Of a DNA stretch of 64,000 bases, positions 14,099-27,275 are shown one piece after another. The notes below the pieces were generated by a model. The model searched no databases. It saw only the letters and a program-made list of their open reading frames with translations, and had not been told where the DNA came from. Location: positions 55,056,001 to 55,120,000 of the forward strand of contig NC_043014.1 in the NCBI RefSeq assembly GCF_006345805.1, given 5' to 3'. Source of the stretch: Octopus sinensis (taxonomy: Eukaryota). Positions within the stretch are counted from its first letter, which is position 1. Each line of letters begins with the position of its first letter. A program made the translations under genes and the position numbers.

Positions 14099-14918
14099 TG
14101 TGTGTGTGTATATAACGAAGGTATGTGTTTGTGTGTAAAGATAAGTGTGTGAATTGATGAGGGGTGTGTGTGTGTGCTCCAGTAACAACAAAGGGTTGCT
14201 TGTATGGTGTGCTAAGGGTGCCATTCTTGGTGTGTGTGTGTGTGTGTGTGTAATAGAAAGATTTGTCAGATTCTTCTGTTATTCATTGTAAATAATAACA
14301 ACAACAACAATTCCTAACAGAGGCACAAGTCCAAACATTTCTGGGAAGGAAACATTCAATCAATCAAAAATTATCCCCCCAGTATTTTACTGGTATTTTA
14401 TTGATCTCAAAAGTGAAAAGGCTACCTCAGCAGTAATTGGGCAACGGGAAGGGATTTCACTAAACACCACAAGGCATTCTGGGCTACACTTCTACTAAGA
14501 AATATAATAATAATAATAATGATAATAGTTTCTGATTTAGGCAAAAGGTGAGTAATTCTAAGGAGAAGGGGTCAGGCAATTATATTAAAGTACTTGACTG
14601 ATAAAATAAAGTACCAGTGAAGTACTGGTGTGGATGGTATCACTGACTAATCACTCTCTTTAAATTTGATAGCTTTAGGCCCAAATCAGAAAGAATAATA
14701 ATAATAATGGTGATGATGATGATGATGATTTTAAAATGGTGGTGGTGGTGGTTTTAAAATGTGAGTTAGTTGAATATCAGTCTATATAGTTAAGTAAACA
14801 GGTGAAGAGTTTACAAGGCCCAGAAGGGGAGTGTTTTATAGTTAGTCTCTGTGAGGTTTAAACCAGGCAGCAGCAGCACAGTCTCTCTTTAAGAGATGGC
14901 GAGGCAGGTTTATATATA

Positions 14919-15119
14919 TGAGGGCTGGCGAACCAGGTGGCTGCACCAGGTTCCAATCTTGATCTGGCAGAGTTTCTACAGCTGGATACGTTAGGGCATC
15001 CAGCTGTAGAAACTCTGCCAGATCAAGATTGGAGCCTGGTGCAGCCACCTGGTTCACCAGCCCTCAGTCAAACCATCCAATCCATGCCAGCATGGAAAGC
15101 GGACGTTAAACGATGATGA

Positions 15120-15122
<3 letters not shown>
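14919..15122 (+). mobile_element. SINE family C copy whose 5' part is an inverted duplicate of itself
   Basis: Arms of about 69 bp at 14919-14987 and 14998-15066 are reverse complements, followed by the normal (GAT)n tail. Confidence 0.85.
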
Positions 15123-15163
<41 letters not shown>

Positions 15164-15626
15164 GAAAGAGAGAGAAAATAGGAGAGAATTTGTGAGATGT
15201 ACAAGAGAGGGACTGAATAAGAGCAAAGATGAGAGGGTGGAGAGAGAGAGAGAGAGGAGATAATGAAGGTAGGTCTGTAGATAAAGTGTCTTAAAAACTG
15301 TGCATGGTCGCAGACTGAAACAAGTAGAATCTAACAGATATAATGCACACGTCCCAAACAATGTAGGGTTCAAGGTTGGTCAGAGTTGTGACTTGGTTTG
15401 AGGGTAAAGTCTCCCTTTGCTGGGCAGAGAACATCAAAAAACAAACAAAAGTTGTTTATAGTAGCCCTAAACATAATATATAAAACTTCACACCACTGTT
15501 TTGCAGTTTCTAATTTATTTCTGATGAAGGACTAATGTCCCAAAACGTCAAAACTCTCTTTTTTTTACATGATTAAATTAAACAACATTTGTTAAAACTT
15601 GTCCTCCCAGTGAGAATAACAATATC

Positions 15627-15861
15627 TATTTCTTTATTACCCACAAGGGGCTACATACAGAGGGGACAAACAAGGACAGACATAGGTATTGAGTCGATTA
15701 TATCGAGCCCAGTGCGTAACTGGTACTTAATTTATCAACCCCGAAAGGATGAAAGGCAAAGTCGACCTCGGCGGAATTTGAACTCAGAACGTAACGGCAG
15801 ACGAAATACCGCTAAGCATTTCACCCGGCGTGCTAACGATTCTGCCAGCTTGTCGCCTTAA
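15627..15861 (-). mobile_element. SINE family B with 15-bp TSD
   Basis: Full family B consensus flanked by the direct repeat gagaataacaatatc (15612-15626 and 15862-15876). Confidence 0.9.
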
Positions 15862-16364
15862 GAGAATAACAATATCGATGCAAGGCAAACCCGCATCAAC
15901 GGCCAATCTGAGACAAAGGAGAACCAGGGAGAACCTCGACAATTCTGTAAAACTGATCCATTCGCTTCATCCAACAAGATATTTCCTGCTTCTGCAACAA
16001 ACTCTCTCAGCAGATCTTTAAAAGAAGAAACTGAAACCTAAAATAACCAAACTTTAAAAGTAGAGGAACTAGAATGATTAATGATTGATGACCGATTCAA
16101 TGGTGGTGTGTCACACACACATAAAGGACATACAATGAAGGATCTTCTATGACAGGGGTTTTTTCCAATTTGGGGTGCCCGCACCCCCTTGGAGATACAA
16201 AATGGTGTTTTGAGGGATGGTGGGATGATAAAGAGGGTAAAGTATATAAATTTTATTAAAAATGCTTTCCAGAATAAAATTAATCCACTTTTAAAAATAA
16301 CTTTATTCTCTTCAACACACAAAAAAATTTTAATATTCTCTAAATCCACAGATTTAAGCCTTAA

Positions 16365-16583
16365 CCCTTTCATTACCATATCTCTGTAGAAATACATTTC
16401 CATTGTTTTAATTAATTTTGAAATTAATTAAAGAATTTAATAAAATAACCATCATTAGAATCAAGTTGGTTTTTGGAACAAAAACATGGTATTTTCATGC
16501 AAGATTTCAACTAAGATCCCTTTAAAACTGCAAGTTGATATCATAGAACCAGGGTCAGTGTCAGGTGGGTTGGCATCAAAATG
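16365..16583. mobile_element. Second piggyBac-like MITE family, degenerate
   Basis: TTAA|ccctttcattacc start. Related fragments at ~46700-46905 and ~62040-62409. Confidence 0.55.
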
Positions 16584-16699
16584 TGCTTTCTTTAGAAATG
16601 GTTAAGAGGCACTGTCCTGTGAAGTTGGTGCCACTTAACATGTAACGCAGTTCTAGTTTCATAAACTCTTAAATGCCAGGCCAAATAATCTTCAATTAA

Positions 16700-17809
16700 A
16701 AAAAAAAAAATTTCAATTTATTGAAAATTTTGTGTGCACATATTCCACAGCTCCTAATCCTAGTTGTAAAACACACGTACTGCATGTACAAGGGCTCAGC
16801 TAAGAGGGGCCACTGCCTACCCTTCCATTCCAACATCAGAAAGCTAATTCTTTGAAATTCTCTTCTTGCCAGTGTTTTCCATATAGACATTTACTTCCAG
16901 AAGTTTAAACTGAACATCAATCACATCAATCTTACCAATCAAAGAGGCTTTGATTGGTAAGATTGACAGTCATTAAGCATTGATAGTTAGGAAAAATTCC
17001 TAACTAAATCTCAAAAAAAAAAATCAAATCTCATTTATTAATGATCACAATGCAAGTACATCTACATATGTAACTGAAACTAAACAAGCTTTTAAATCAA
17101 TCTAAAATGATAGAAAAATCATTAAAAATTCCAATTTCAATACATCGTAATAAAAACGTTACTTTCATTGTCTATTTTGTACACCATCCTCACTCCAACC
17201 CCACAATTCAATCTTTTCCAGTTTCTCTCTCTCTCTCTCTCTCTCCCTCACATCCTCTCCTTTTTTTTTTGATTCCATCTTTAAACTTACACAAACCTCT
17301 TCGTCATTTGCCTCCACCTGTCGAATTTATGTGAACGTTTCCTGCTTTTACAATATTTTAAAAGAAAATGAAAGCAGCATTCTTCATGTATGCAAACAGC
17401 AAGAAGAGGGAATCAAAGTATTTTCAAATCTCACAATTTTATAATTTTTGACATTTTTTTTTCTTGAAAAATGTGAAATTATTTTACTATAAAAAACAAA
17501 AAAAAAACAAAAAAAAGAACTGGGATCATCTTCAGTGCTTTTACAGGGCAACAATAATAAGGTATGCTGCGTCTTGAATCTAGGACCGGAAGAATTCATA
17601 TGAGAGGAGATAAAAGGATTTGGATACAAAATGGTTGTGCTGGTTGTAATCCTGTCTTTGACCAACTTTATAAAAGACAAAGAAAGATGACCAGAATGTC
17701 AGAGAATCGGTCAGAAATGGAAACGATGTCTAAACTCAAATCACACCCAGGCTATCTTAAAAGAAAGGCTTTATGTGGAAGACTGGAAGGAAATAGGTGT
17801 GTGTGTGTG

Positions 17810-17854
<45 letters not shown>

Positions 17855-19732
17855 CATACATACAGAGAGAGGGAAAGGGGGAGATATGAAGTTGGAAGGC
17901 TATGGAGCTAGAAAAGGTAGAGATAGTGAGAGAGAAACAGAGAGAGAGAGAGAGAGAGGCTTTTAAGCAATACAAAACTAGTTTGATTATAACGAGATAT
18001 CTTTTATTACTAAAAACACATCAACTCAATATGAGTTGGAATAATGAGAAGAAATTTAAAAAAAAACATTAAAAAAACAATTAAAAATAAAACAAATTTT
18101 TAGACAAAACAATTTCATTAATGGCAGAAGGCATTGTGATTTTGTAGTCCAATGAAGAACATCCTGCAGCCAAAAAAAATTTCTACATTTAATAAAAAAA
18201 AAAAATGAGTCCCAGATTTTTAAATCTATGAAATATCGGAGACCCAACCCCTTTAATAATAAAAAAAAAATTTAAAAATTACCCAACAAAGTTTAAAAAA
18301 AAAAAAGGAAACCTCATCGATATATCATAGGGGGAGAGTGGGGGAGAGGATGAAGATGTTGATAAATAGGAGAAGCAGATGGAGTAGACACTGGATGGTT
18401 GGATAAAATATATTTGGTGGAAGTAACACACGGACATCCTTGGCTATAATTGTTCATTAGGAAGTCTTGGTTTTAATTGCTACTTGTCAACATTTGCATA
18501 TACAGAGGAAGAGTTTGTGTGAGTGTGTGTGTGTGTCTGTGTGTGTGTAAAATTATATATGTACATATACACACACAATATATATATTTACAAATAAATA
18601 CATACTAACACATACATACATACATATGTATTCAATTCATTTTTTTCTATATGTACATTTTTATACATAAAATATATATTCTGTGTGTGGGAGTGTGCAC
18701 ATACATATATATCTATATACACACATATTTATCAATACATATACACACACATATACATATATGAATAAATATGTATACATATGTTTTATATATATGTATA
18801 TATAATTTATGTTTTAGTGTATGTGTATATATATATCATGTATATACACATATATACGTGCATGTGTGTGTATATATATACACATACGGGTGTGTATTTG
18901 TCTACATACAAATATAATAAATATGCAAGTGTATGTGTGTGTGTGTGCATATTTACAGGTGTATATACACAGGTGTGTGCATTTGTATACACATATGTAC
19001 ATGGAAATCCCTCCCGGGTTGACCCCTGTAATTACAGGTATTCCTCATACATTATCCCTATTTTAGATTTTCTTTATTGCAGAGGAGGGGCGCCCCCTTG
19101 CACTCAAACTCATGGTACTTCCTGTCACCTTTGACCTCTTCTGAATTTAACAAATTCTTTATTAACAAAAAAAAAAAACCAAAATAAAAATAAAATGTGA
19201 GTTGATAGTTTACCTCAGAAAGGTGAGATATAATTAAAATCGTTAATTAAAAAATATATATATATAAAAGAAAGGAAGAAGGAATCTAACTGCATCTAAT
19301 AATAATTGTTGAATTCCCTATTTTCCAAATGTGTGTATGTGTGTCAAAGTATGTGTGTGTGTAAATCTTTGTGGTTTAGTTTCTGTATTGAAGCCGTGAG
19401 GAGAAATTATTTGAAAATCTCGGCCAAATGTAAATATTTTAGTGTAAAAAAAAAACCAAAAAAAAAAACAATGGCAAATGTCAGATAATGATTTAACAAC
19501 TGCACACTATGTTCTCTTTCTTTCCTTTTTCTTTTTTTAGAAAAAAAAAGACGATTAATAAAATAAATATATTTTAAATTATTTATGCAATCATTTATAT
19601 ACATATATATCTTCAGAGATAGGGTTTTGTGTGTGCATGTACATGTGTGTGTATGTGTGCATGTAAATACATATATATACATACATATATATAACACACA
19701 CACATATATATATATATATATAGATATACATA

Positions 19733-19795
<63 letters not shown>

Positions 19796-19987
19796 TATAT
19801 ATATATATATATATATATACACAATATATATATATATATATATTATATTATAGATAACACATATATATATATATATTATATACACACATATATATTATAT
19901 ATATTATACACACAATATATATAGATATACATATATATATATACATATATATATATATACACATATATATATATACACATATATATA

Positions 19988-20018
<31 letters not shown>

Positions 20019-21186
20019 ACACACACAACATATATATAACACACATATATATATATATATACACACATATATATATATATATATATACACATTATATATA
20101 TATATATATATAACACATATATATATATATTATATAATATATATATATATATATACACATACATATATGTACATATTATATATATATATATATATATATG
20201 TGGTATCTATACATACATATATGTACATATATATATATATATATATATATACATACATATACGTACATACATACACATAAATATATATATACATACATAC
20301 ACGTATGTACATATACACATACATATACAGATATACAAATGCATACGTACACATAAACATATATACATACATATACATACACAGATACATATACGTACAT
20401 ACATATACATATATGTACATACATATACATATATGTGTGTGTATATATATATGTATTTATTGCAATATGGAATGCTCACACTGAAGACAGTGTCTTGGCA
20501 GCAACTGAAAACACACGGCACTCCGTCCGTCAGCTTTTGCATGTAGAAAGCAGGCTCAATGCAGGGGGCAGTGTTTGCCCCAGTATTAAACATGCAAAAG
20601 CTGATGGGTGAAGTGCAGTGGGTTCGGGGCTGCTGTCACGACACTCAGGGCCTCCAAGGGGAGTGTTCCATATTTGTGTCATTCAATAAATTTAGCCCTC
20701 AATTTCCAGCAATAACGAGGTCTACTTCATTAGTTGTTACACATGTGGTTGTAGATATATATATATGTGTATACATACATATATATGTGTGTGTGTATAT
20801 ATATATATATCTTTAGTTTTACATATTTTATATAGTTTTAATATATATATGAATGTATATATTTGCATGTGTGTGTGTATATATGTATATATATATACAA
20901 ACATACATACATACACATGCAAATATCTTCTTTAATTCAAGACTAATTAATGACAATTGATCACAACAACAACAATGTACAAAAAAATGTTTAAAAAAAT
21001 GAAAAAATGAAAAAAAAAATACCCAGTTTTTTTCCTGTTTTGTCTTTCCATAATATAAATATTATAAAAAAAAAAAATAAAAAGGGATTCTTGAAATAAC
21101 ATTCTGTTAATAGCAAGACATAGTTTGATTTTTAGAAGTCAGGGTTAGAAGAGTAATTACATATCTGTTAGTGAGAATGAGATATA

Positions 21187-21229
<43 letters not shown>

Positions 21230-21604
21230 TCACACATACATGCACACACTCACATATATTACATTATATATGGGAGTCATAGCTAAGTATAGGGTGGGTG
21301 GAAGAGGGAGAAGGGGGAATAAGGGGTAAAAGAAAAGGGGGGTGGGAGGAGAGGTAAAAAGATAAAAAGTTTGGGATTTACAAATTTTCACGTATTTTAC
21401 GTTCTGTTTATTGGTTAATAGGATCTGAGGATCTGATTTCAAAAGAATATTTTTTTTTTTTAGTTTTGTTTGTTGTCTTGTTTCATTTTAATTAATTAAT
21501 TTACTTCATTATTATTATTATTATTGTTAATATTATTGTTATTATTATATTATTATTTTTGTTGTTATTGTCTTTTCTTTTTTTTGTTTTTTTCCCCCAA
21601 TATT
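16700..21604 (-). other. Probable SNRK 3' UTR (~4.6-4.9 kb)
   Basis: U-rich minus-strand sequence after the stop codon, free of the SINEs that are dense elsewhere. Candidate AATAAA signals on the minus strand (plus-strand tttatt) near 17034 and 16717, the latter followed by a U tract. The 3' end is inferred. Confidence 0.45.
19680..20450. repeat. (TA)n/(CATA)n compound microsatellite
   Basis: Read directly; source of many spurious Y/I ORFs. Confidence 0.97.
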
Positions 21605-22949
21605 TTACACAAGTGAGCAACATTTTGTCTCTAGTTTTATAGAATGGCTAGTCTTGGAAGAACTCGATAGCTTACACATGCTCGGCTTCAGGCCGTTCCG
21701 ATTGATATCGGTCTTGATCCGTCGTCCGAACCTCTTCCCCTTCCGTATATGCAAGTTACAGTCCGAAGAGCACATCGACAAGATTTCATCCGGGGTTATC
21801 TTAGCCGACTGCTTGATCTCTTTGTAGTCACTATTGTTACGGGACTTCACTTCCCAAATGTGGGAGTTGAGTTTGTTCAACAAATTCACGTCCAAGTCCT
21901 TTTGGTTATTGGGTTTGGCCCTTTTGCCGTCCTGCTCCAGAAGGCTCTGCTTATCTTCAAGACACAATTTTGAAAAATTATGCCCCGTCTGCTTTGTTTC
22001 ACACAAGTTTTCAATTAACTGGGAACAGCACCCTGTTGCCCCGTTCAAATGACAAGACTGTGGTTTGGTGCTGCTGCTGCTACCGCTGCTACTGCTGCTG
22101 CTGGTGTTGCCATCACTACAGCTCCTGTAACTGGTGGTTGTCGTGTTTGCCCTCGAGCTTTTTCCACCCGACCCCTTCTGACCTTTCTTTTCAGACGATT
22201 TGTCTTGGTGGTCGCTGCTCTTGCTGCCCTGCTTGCCCTCACCCCTATTGCTACTACTGCTGCGTCCGACCGAACGACTGCCCCCCGATGGCGCACTGAG
22301 GCCCCCCGGCCCGTCATTGTCGCTAGAATGGTCGCTGCTGTCTCGACGAGTGGCAAATTTGTGTTTCAGTTTGTCCTTGCGAGCAATGTTCTCCGTCTCC
22401 TCTGTGTCGCTGGCATCGGAACTGCTGCAACTCGTGCCCCGCTGCCCCGTGCCTCTGCGCTTCTTGTGCTGCTCAAACTTGCGCATCTCGGCAGAGGTTA
22501 GGTTCGGCCGGCAACTGTACATGCTTCGGTGAAGCGTCTTGGAGGCAGACGAAGGCAACACGGATATTTCTTCCTCTTCATCCGATTCCCTTTCTTCTGA
22601 GATCTGATTGAGTAATTGAGGAGAGCTAGCCACGGAGTGTAGGGCTCGACGAACAGACGTGGAGTCCATCTGGTAAATCGGGTCAGACGCCACGCTCCTC
22701 TTCTTCGACTCCAACAAATTTTCAACTGATCGAGTTGCCTTCACTTCGACCTCTTCACTCCCCCCGCTGGCCGCTCCATCATCATCTCCCAACTCCTCTT
22801 TGATCAGGCTACATTTCCTGTTGAAGCTAGTTTTCTGCGGACTGGAAGGGTTGCGGCATGATGGCGATGGCAATGTTCCCGGCGGAGACACCAGTGTCTG
22901 CACAATGCTGTGTTTCAAGTTCCCAGGGTCGTCATCCTTTATCTGGATG
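21605..22949 (-). CDS. SNRK: SNRK (SNF-related serine/threonine kinase) terminal coding exon: Ser-rich C-terminal tail ending KCCSLV*
   Basis: Long non-repetitive ORF with a strong acceptor (minus strand ...ctttttctttctctttgtag|c atc cag ata aag, phase 2). Motifs FNRKCSLIKEE, LLNQISEERESDEE, RGTSCSSSDASDTEE, RRDSSD and terminal CCSLV appear in the same order as vertebrate SNRK tail motifs I recall (GRKCLFRVEEDEE, VLNQIFEEGESDDE, RGSSCSSSETSDDD, RRDSSE, CCHVI). The true exon starts 31 nt upstream of the ORF-track TTG start. Confidence 0.9.
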
Positions 22950-23151
22950 CTACAAAGAGAAAGAAAAAAGGAAAAACAACAAATTAATACAACAAAAGAA
23001 ATAAAAATTGAAAAAAAGAAAACAAACCAAATATTTACAAAAACATTGAAACCATTTTATTAAATGAATCATTATTTAAAACTCAACACATTTAATGTAC
23101 AAATTATATATACTTCAGGTATCTTCTCTGCCTTTTATATATTATATATGA

Positions 23152-24040
23152 ATATAATTATAACAATGAGGGTCTTTGCAACAAGTTGATAGACCACATA
23201 CCAAAAGTATTAGAAATAGCAGCCAGAGGACTGTTATTTCATTTACTACAAAAATGTCTCCACAGGCAACAGTATTTGCTGTTGTAATACTGTTGTCTGT
23301 GGAGACATATTTTTGTGGCTGTGTGGTAAGTAGCTTGCTAACCAACCACATGGTTCCGGGTTCAGTCCCACTGCATGGCATCTTGGGCAAGTGTCTTCTG
23401 CTATAGCCCCGGGCCAACCAATGCCTTATGAGTGGATTTGGTAGACGGAAACTGAAAGAAGCCCGTCGTATATATGTATATTTATATGTGTGTGTTTGTC
23501 CCCTTAGCATTGCTTGACAACCGATGCTGGTGTGTTTACGTCCCTGTCACTTAGCGGTTCGGCAAAAGAGACCGATAGAATAAGTACTGGGCTTACAAAG
23601 AATAAGTCCTGGGGTCGATTTGCTCGACTAAAGGCGGTGCTCCAGCATGGCCGCAGTCAAATGACTGAAACAAGTAAAAGAGTAAGAGTATAGAATCCAG
23701 TAACTTACTGAATTCCTGGTTCTTATATATATATATGTATGTGTGTTTGTTTGTGTGTCTGTGTTTGTCCCCTTAGCATTGCTTGACAACCGATGCTGGT
23801 GTGTTTATGTCCCCGTTACTTAGCGGTTTGGCAAAAGAGACCGATAGAATAAGTACTGGGCTTACAAAAAGAATAAGTCCCGGGGTCGAGTTGCTCGATT
23901 AAAGGCGGTGCTCCAGCATGGCCGCAGTCAAATGACTGAAACAAGTAAAAGAGTAAAGTAGTTTTCTGGCTGCTATTTCTAATACTTTCGCTATGTGGTC
24001 TAGCAAACTGTTGCAAAGACCCTCATTGTTATAATTATAT
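23152..24040. mobile_element. Element with ~76-bp inverted termini, containing two SINE A insertions
   Basis: 23152-23227 (atataattataacaatgagggtctttgcaaca...gcagccaga) is the reverse complement of 23965-24040 with a few mismatches. Confidence 0.7.
23314..23960 (+). mobile_element. Two SINE family A copies (one nearly full at 23314-23690, one 3' half at ~23730-23960)
   Basis: Match the family A consensus; nested inside an inverted-repeat element. Confidence 0.88.
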
Positions 24041-27000
24041 ATAATTTTACCGAATATGGTCCTTTTCCATACCGAAATACTACTTGGTGAAATTTGTTGA
24101 TTTTATTAAATTAATTATATTTCACCCATTATCTGTATTGATATATGAATATGTAAGTATTTGTAATACACACACACACACATACATACATACACATACA
24201 CACACACACAGCCATCACAATAACTTGTGGTGATGATATCCCCAACATTGGTTACCAGTGACTGCCTCAGCTCTCTCTTACATTATCATACAAGTCGGCC
24301 AGCTAGAAATAGCTGCTTAATCACCCTCGGTGTGTTATTACCCTCATGGAAATAGGTCACATTGGATCGTCTTAAATACACAATAGCCAAGGGATGGATG
24401 GAATGGTCATAGCTGGAACTTTGATCACAGGTCTGCTCCAAAAAGGCTGGCCTTGGGCTAAGCAACTTTCAAATTGACAAAAAAAGCCTCTATGTGGTCA
24501 TCTGACTTGCTAGAAACAGTAGCCAAATTCCTTCAAATCACAATCATTTTAAAAAGGAAGGGACATTAGCTAACTGCATCCTAAATATGTTATGTCCAAG
24601 GACCAAGAAAACAAACAAACAAGATAGTCATGGCTGGAAGGCCTTTGACTGACAAGTGGTGCCTGACCTAACGTTCTACACTGACATTTACAGGGACAGC
24701 GGTAACAGATAGAAAACATCTCTGCCAACAGGGTTAGTTATATAATTAATAGCAATTATGTAATTTTAACACTAAAAAAGCTGACCTGAACAAACGATGA
24801 AGTTGGAGAGCAAAACTAATTAAATTAATTTCTAATTGATTACTTTTGAGATGATCTTTTCATCAAGAAACCATATTTAGATCTGTCATAAAAACTGGCT
24901 GGGTTTTAAGTGTGAATTGGTTTAGTTAGGGCTAGGGTTGGGTCTTAGCAGAGAATTGGTTGGGTTTGTGGTGACATTTTAGCTGAAAATATATTTTGTG
25001 GCTGTCTGATGGCTTCCACAATGAACGGGTTAACTGTCTGAATGGTTGACCATGTAGCAGGAATACTTAGCAATCGAACCCAGATCAATATATCCGATGT
25101 AAAAGAAAAAACAGCTTGAGAATGCAATCACAATTTGCTAGAATATTACCAATGTCATAAACAAAATCTGACCATTCAAGTCTAACAACAATTTCATCCA
25201 TTGGTGAGCATTTTCTGAGCAAGACCGCTACTATATCATCATCATCATCATCATTGTTTAACGTCTGCTTTCCATGCTAGCATGGGTTGGACGAATGACT
25301 GAGGGCTAGCGAACCAGATGGCTGCACCAGGCTTCAATCTTGATCTGGCAGAGTTTCTACAGCTGGATGCCTTTCCTAATACCAACCACTCCGAGAGTGT
25401 AGTGGGTGCTTTTACGTGCTACCGGCACAAGAGCCACGTAAAAGCACGTATATATTCAGTGTATTTTAGCTACTATTGACAGATGGCAGATGACAGACAT
25501 CAGACCAGACACAGAAAGATGGCAGTCAGCAGAACCAGCAGTTGGGCAGAGTGCTGTCACAGGACAAAAACAATGGATGGCAACTGCGACACACCAACAG
25601 ACCCATGGCAGGGGCTTCTATTATACCCAGTCCAAGAAAAATAAGCTTTGGTCTAACTCGGTCTTTGTTGTTCATAGTAACAACAACATTTTTTTGTTTA
25701 TGATAAAAAATATGTTTTTATCAAAAATCTTAAACAACCATGTAAACAGCATCTACCTATGTGTCCCAAGGTTCAATCAGAGGACGGAATACTGTTCCTG
25801 ACCTTCACAAGACTTCTAAAACTTAGCGGCATTGATGCAGTTAATAGTCAATTTAAGCATCTCGAATTCAACGGCTGCCCCCGAGTCATGGTTGGCAAAG
25901 GAAAACGATTGAAACTGAGTTGGGGGTAATTATTTATTTTTAATCTAGAGAAGGAAGGATTGCACCTTTTATTATTTTAGGGTCTCTAAGACTTACCATG
26001 GGGATTTGTGTGGCATGAGTGGATGCTTGAGAAACAGTGGATGAAAGGGGAGAGAGAGAGGAGGGTGTTCAAATGGGATGGTGGTGGAGGGGATTTGCAA
26101 TAACCTGATTCCAAGGAGCAGAGACTATTGGAGTAGAATAGAAGGGTCAGAGAGACAAGACATGGCATCTGTGGGGTGACCAATGTTTGGTGCTATGCCA
26201 GTCCGGAAGAAGTAAATCTATGACCATAAACCATTCCAGCTATGACTCTAGCATCTGTTCTTCATTTTGAAGATGGTTCGGTATAATACGAGGGAGATTT
26301 AGCTGCTATTCTAGCCAGCTGAGAAGCTATGAAAGGAGCTCCTCGTTGGCATGAGCAACCACAATATTTTTTTCTTTCTTTTTAGAGCTTAAGTAGGATC
26401 TAAAAACCAATCTAAAATTTGCTTGAAAATAATTAAACATGGCTTCGATTGATCGTTGGGTTTAACGAATATAGTTTTAGAGAAGAAAAGGAAAGGGAAA
26501 AAAGAATGAATTCACACAAAAAACAATTTTTAGTAGAAATAATAATAATAATAGTAATGGCACAAATCAAGCAATTTTGAGAGAGGGAATAAGTCGATTA
26601 CATCGACCCCAGTATTCAACTGGTACTTTTTTTATCGACCCCCGAAAGGATGAAAGGCAAAGTGGACCTCAGTGGAATTAGAACCCAGAATGTAAGGACA
26701 GACAAAATGCTGTTAAACATTTTGCCCGGCATGATAACGATTCTGCCAGTTCACCACCTTAGAAATGATAATAATAATAATAAGAAATGATAATAATAAA
26801 AAGTAATAATAATAATAATGAAAAGAAGAAGAAGGAAAAGAAGAAATAATAATAGAATACACAAATGAATAAATAGATGGCATTTACATATTTTAATTGA
26901 CAGAAAGATTTTTTGTTTTTTTTTTAGAATCTGGAAAGAAAGATTTCTTTAAACAGAAAATGAAAAAAAAACAGAAAAAAGAATAACTGAATAAAGAAGG

Positions 27001-27241
27001 AAAGAAAAAAGTGTTGAAAGAGACTTGTGGTGATCTGCATCAGTGAAAAAAATCATTCAGAAAAAACTCCACAAATTCTGCTAAGTGTGTATACTGAGTG
27101 GAGATGAGAATACAGACATTTTGGAACAGAACCCTTCGCTGGACAGAGAACATAAAAAAAACAAACAAAAATTGTTTATAGTAGCCCTAAACATATATAA
27201 TATATAAAACTTCACACCACTGTTTTGCAGTTTCTAATTTA

Positions 27242-27275
27242 TTTCTGATGAAGGACTAATGTCCGAAACGTCAAA
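27242..27275 (+). ncRNA. Minimal type-I hammerhead ribozyme motif (Penelope-type)
   Basis: ttt-CTGATGA-a-GGAC-taat-GTCC-GAAAC-GTC-aaa: intact core, 4-bp stem II, palindromic ACGT stem III, GUC cleavage triplet, weak stem I. Lies within a ~195-bp repeat (27132-27328) also present at 15414-15606. Confidence 0.7.

Noticed and set aside
18781-20922. Numerous Y/I/C/V-rich ORFs (also 27624-28313 and 62924-63710)
   Set aside because: Translations of (TA)n/(CA)n microsatellites, which lack stop codons in some frames.
21749-23063. Plus-strand and alternative-frame ORFs overlapping the SNRK terminal exon
   Set aside because: Shadow ORFs caused by the GC-rich, Ser/Gly-rich coding sequence; no independent splice or homology evidence.
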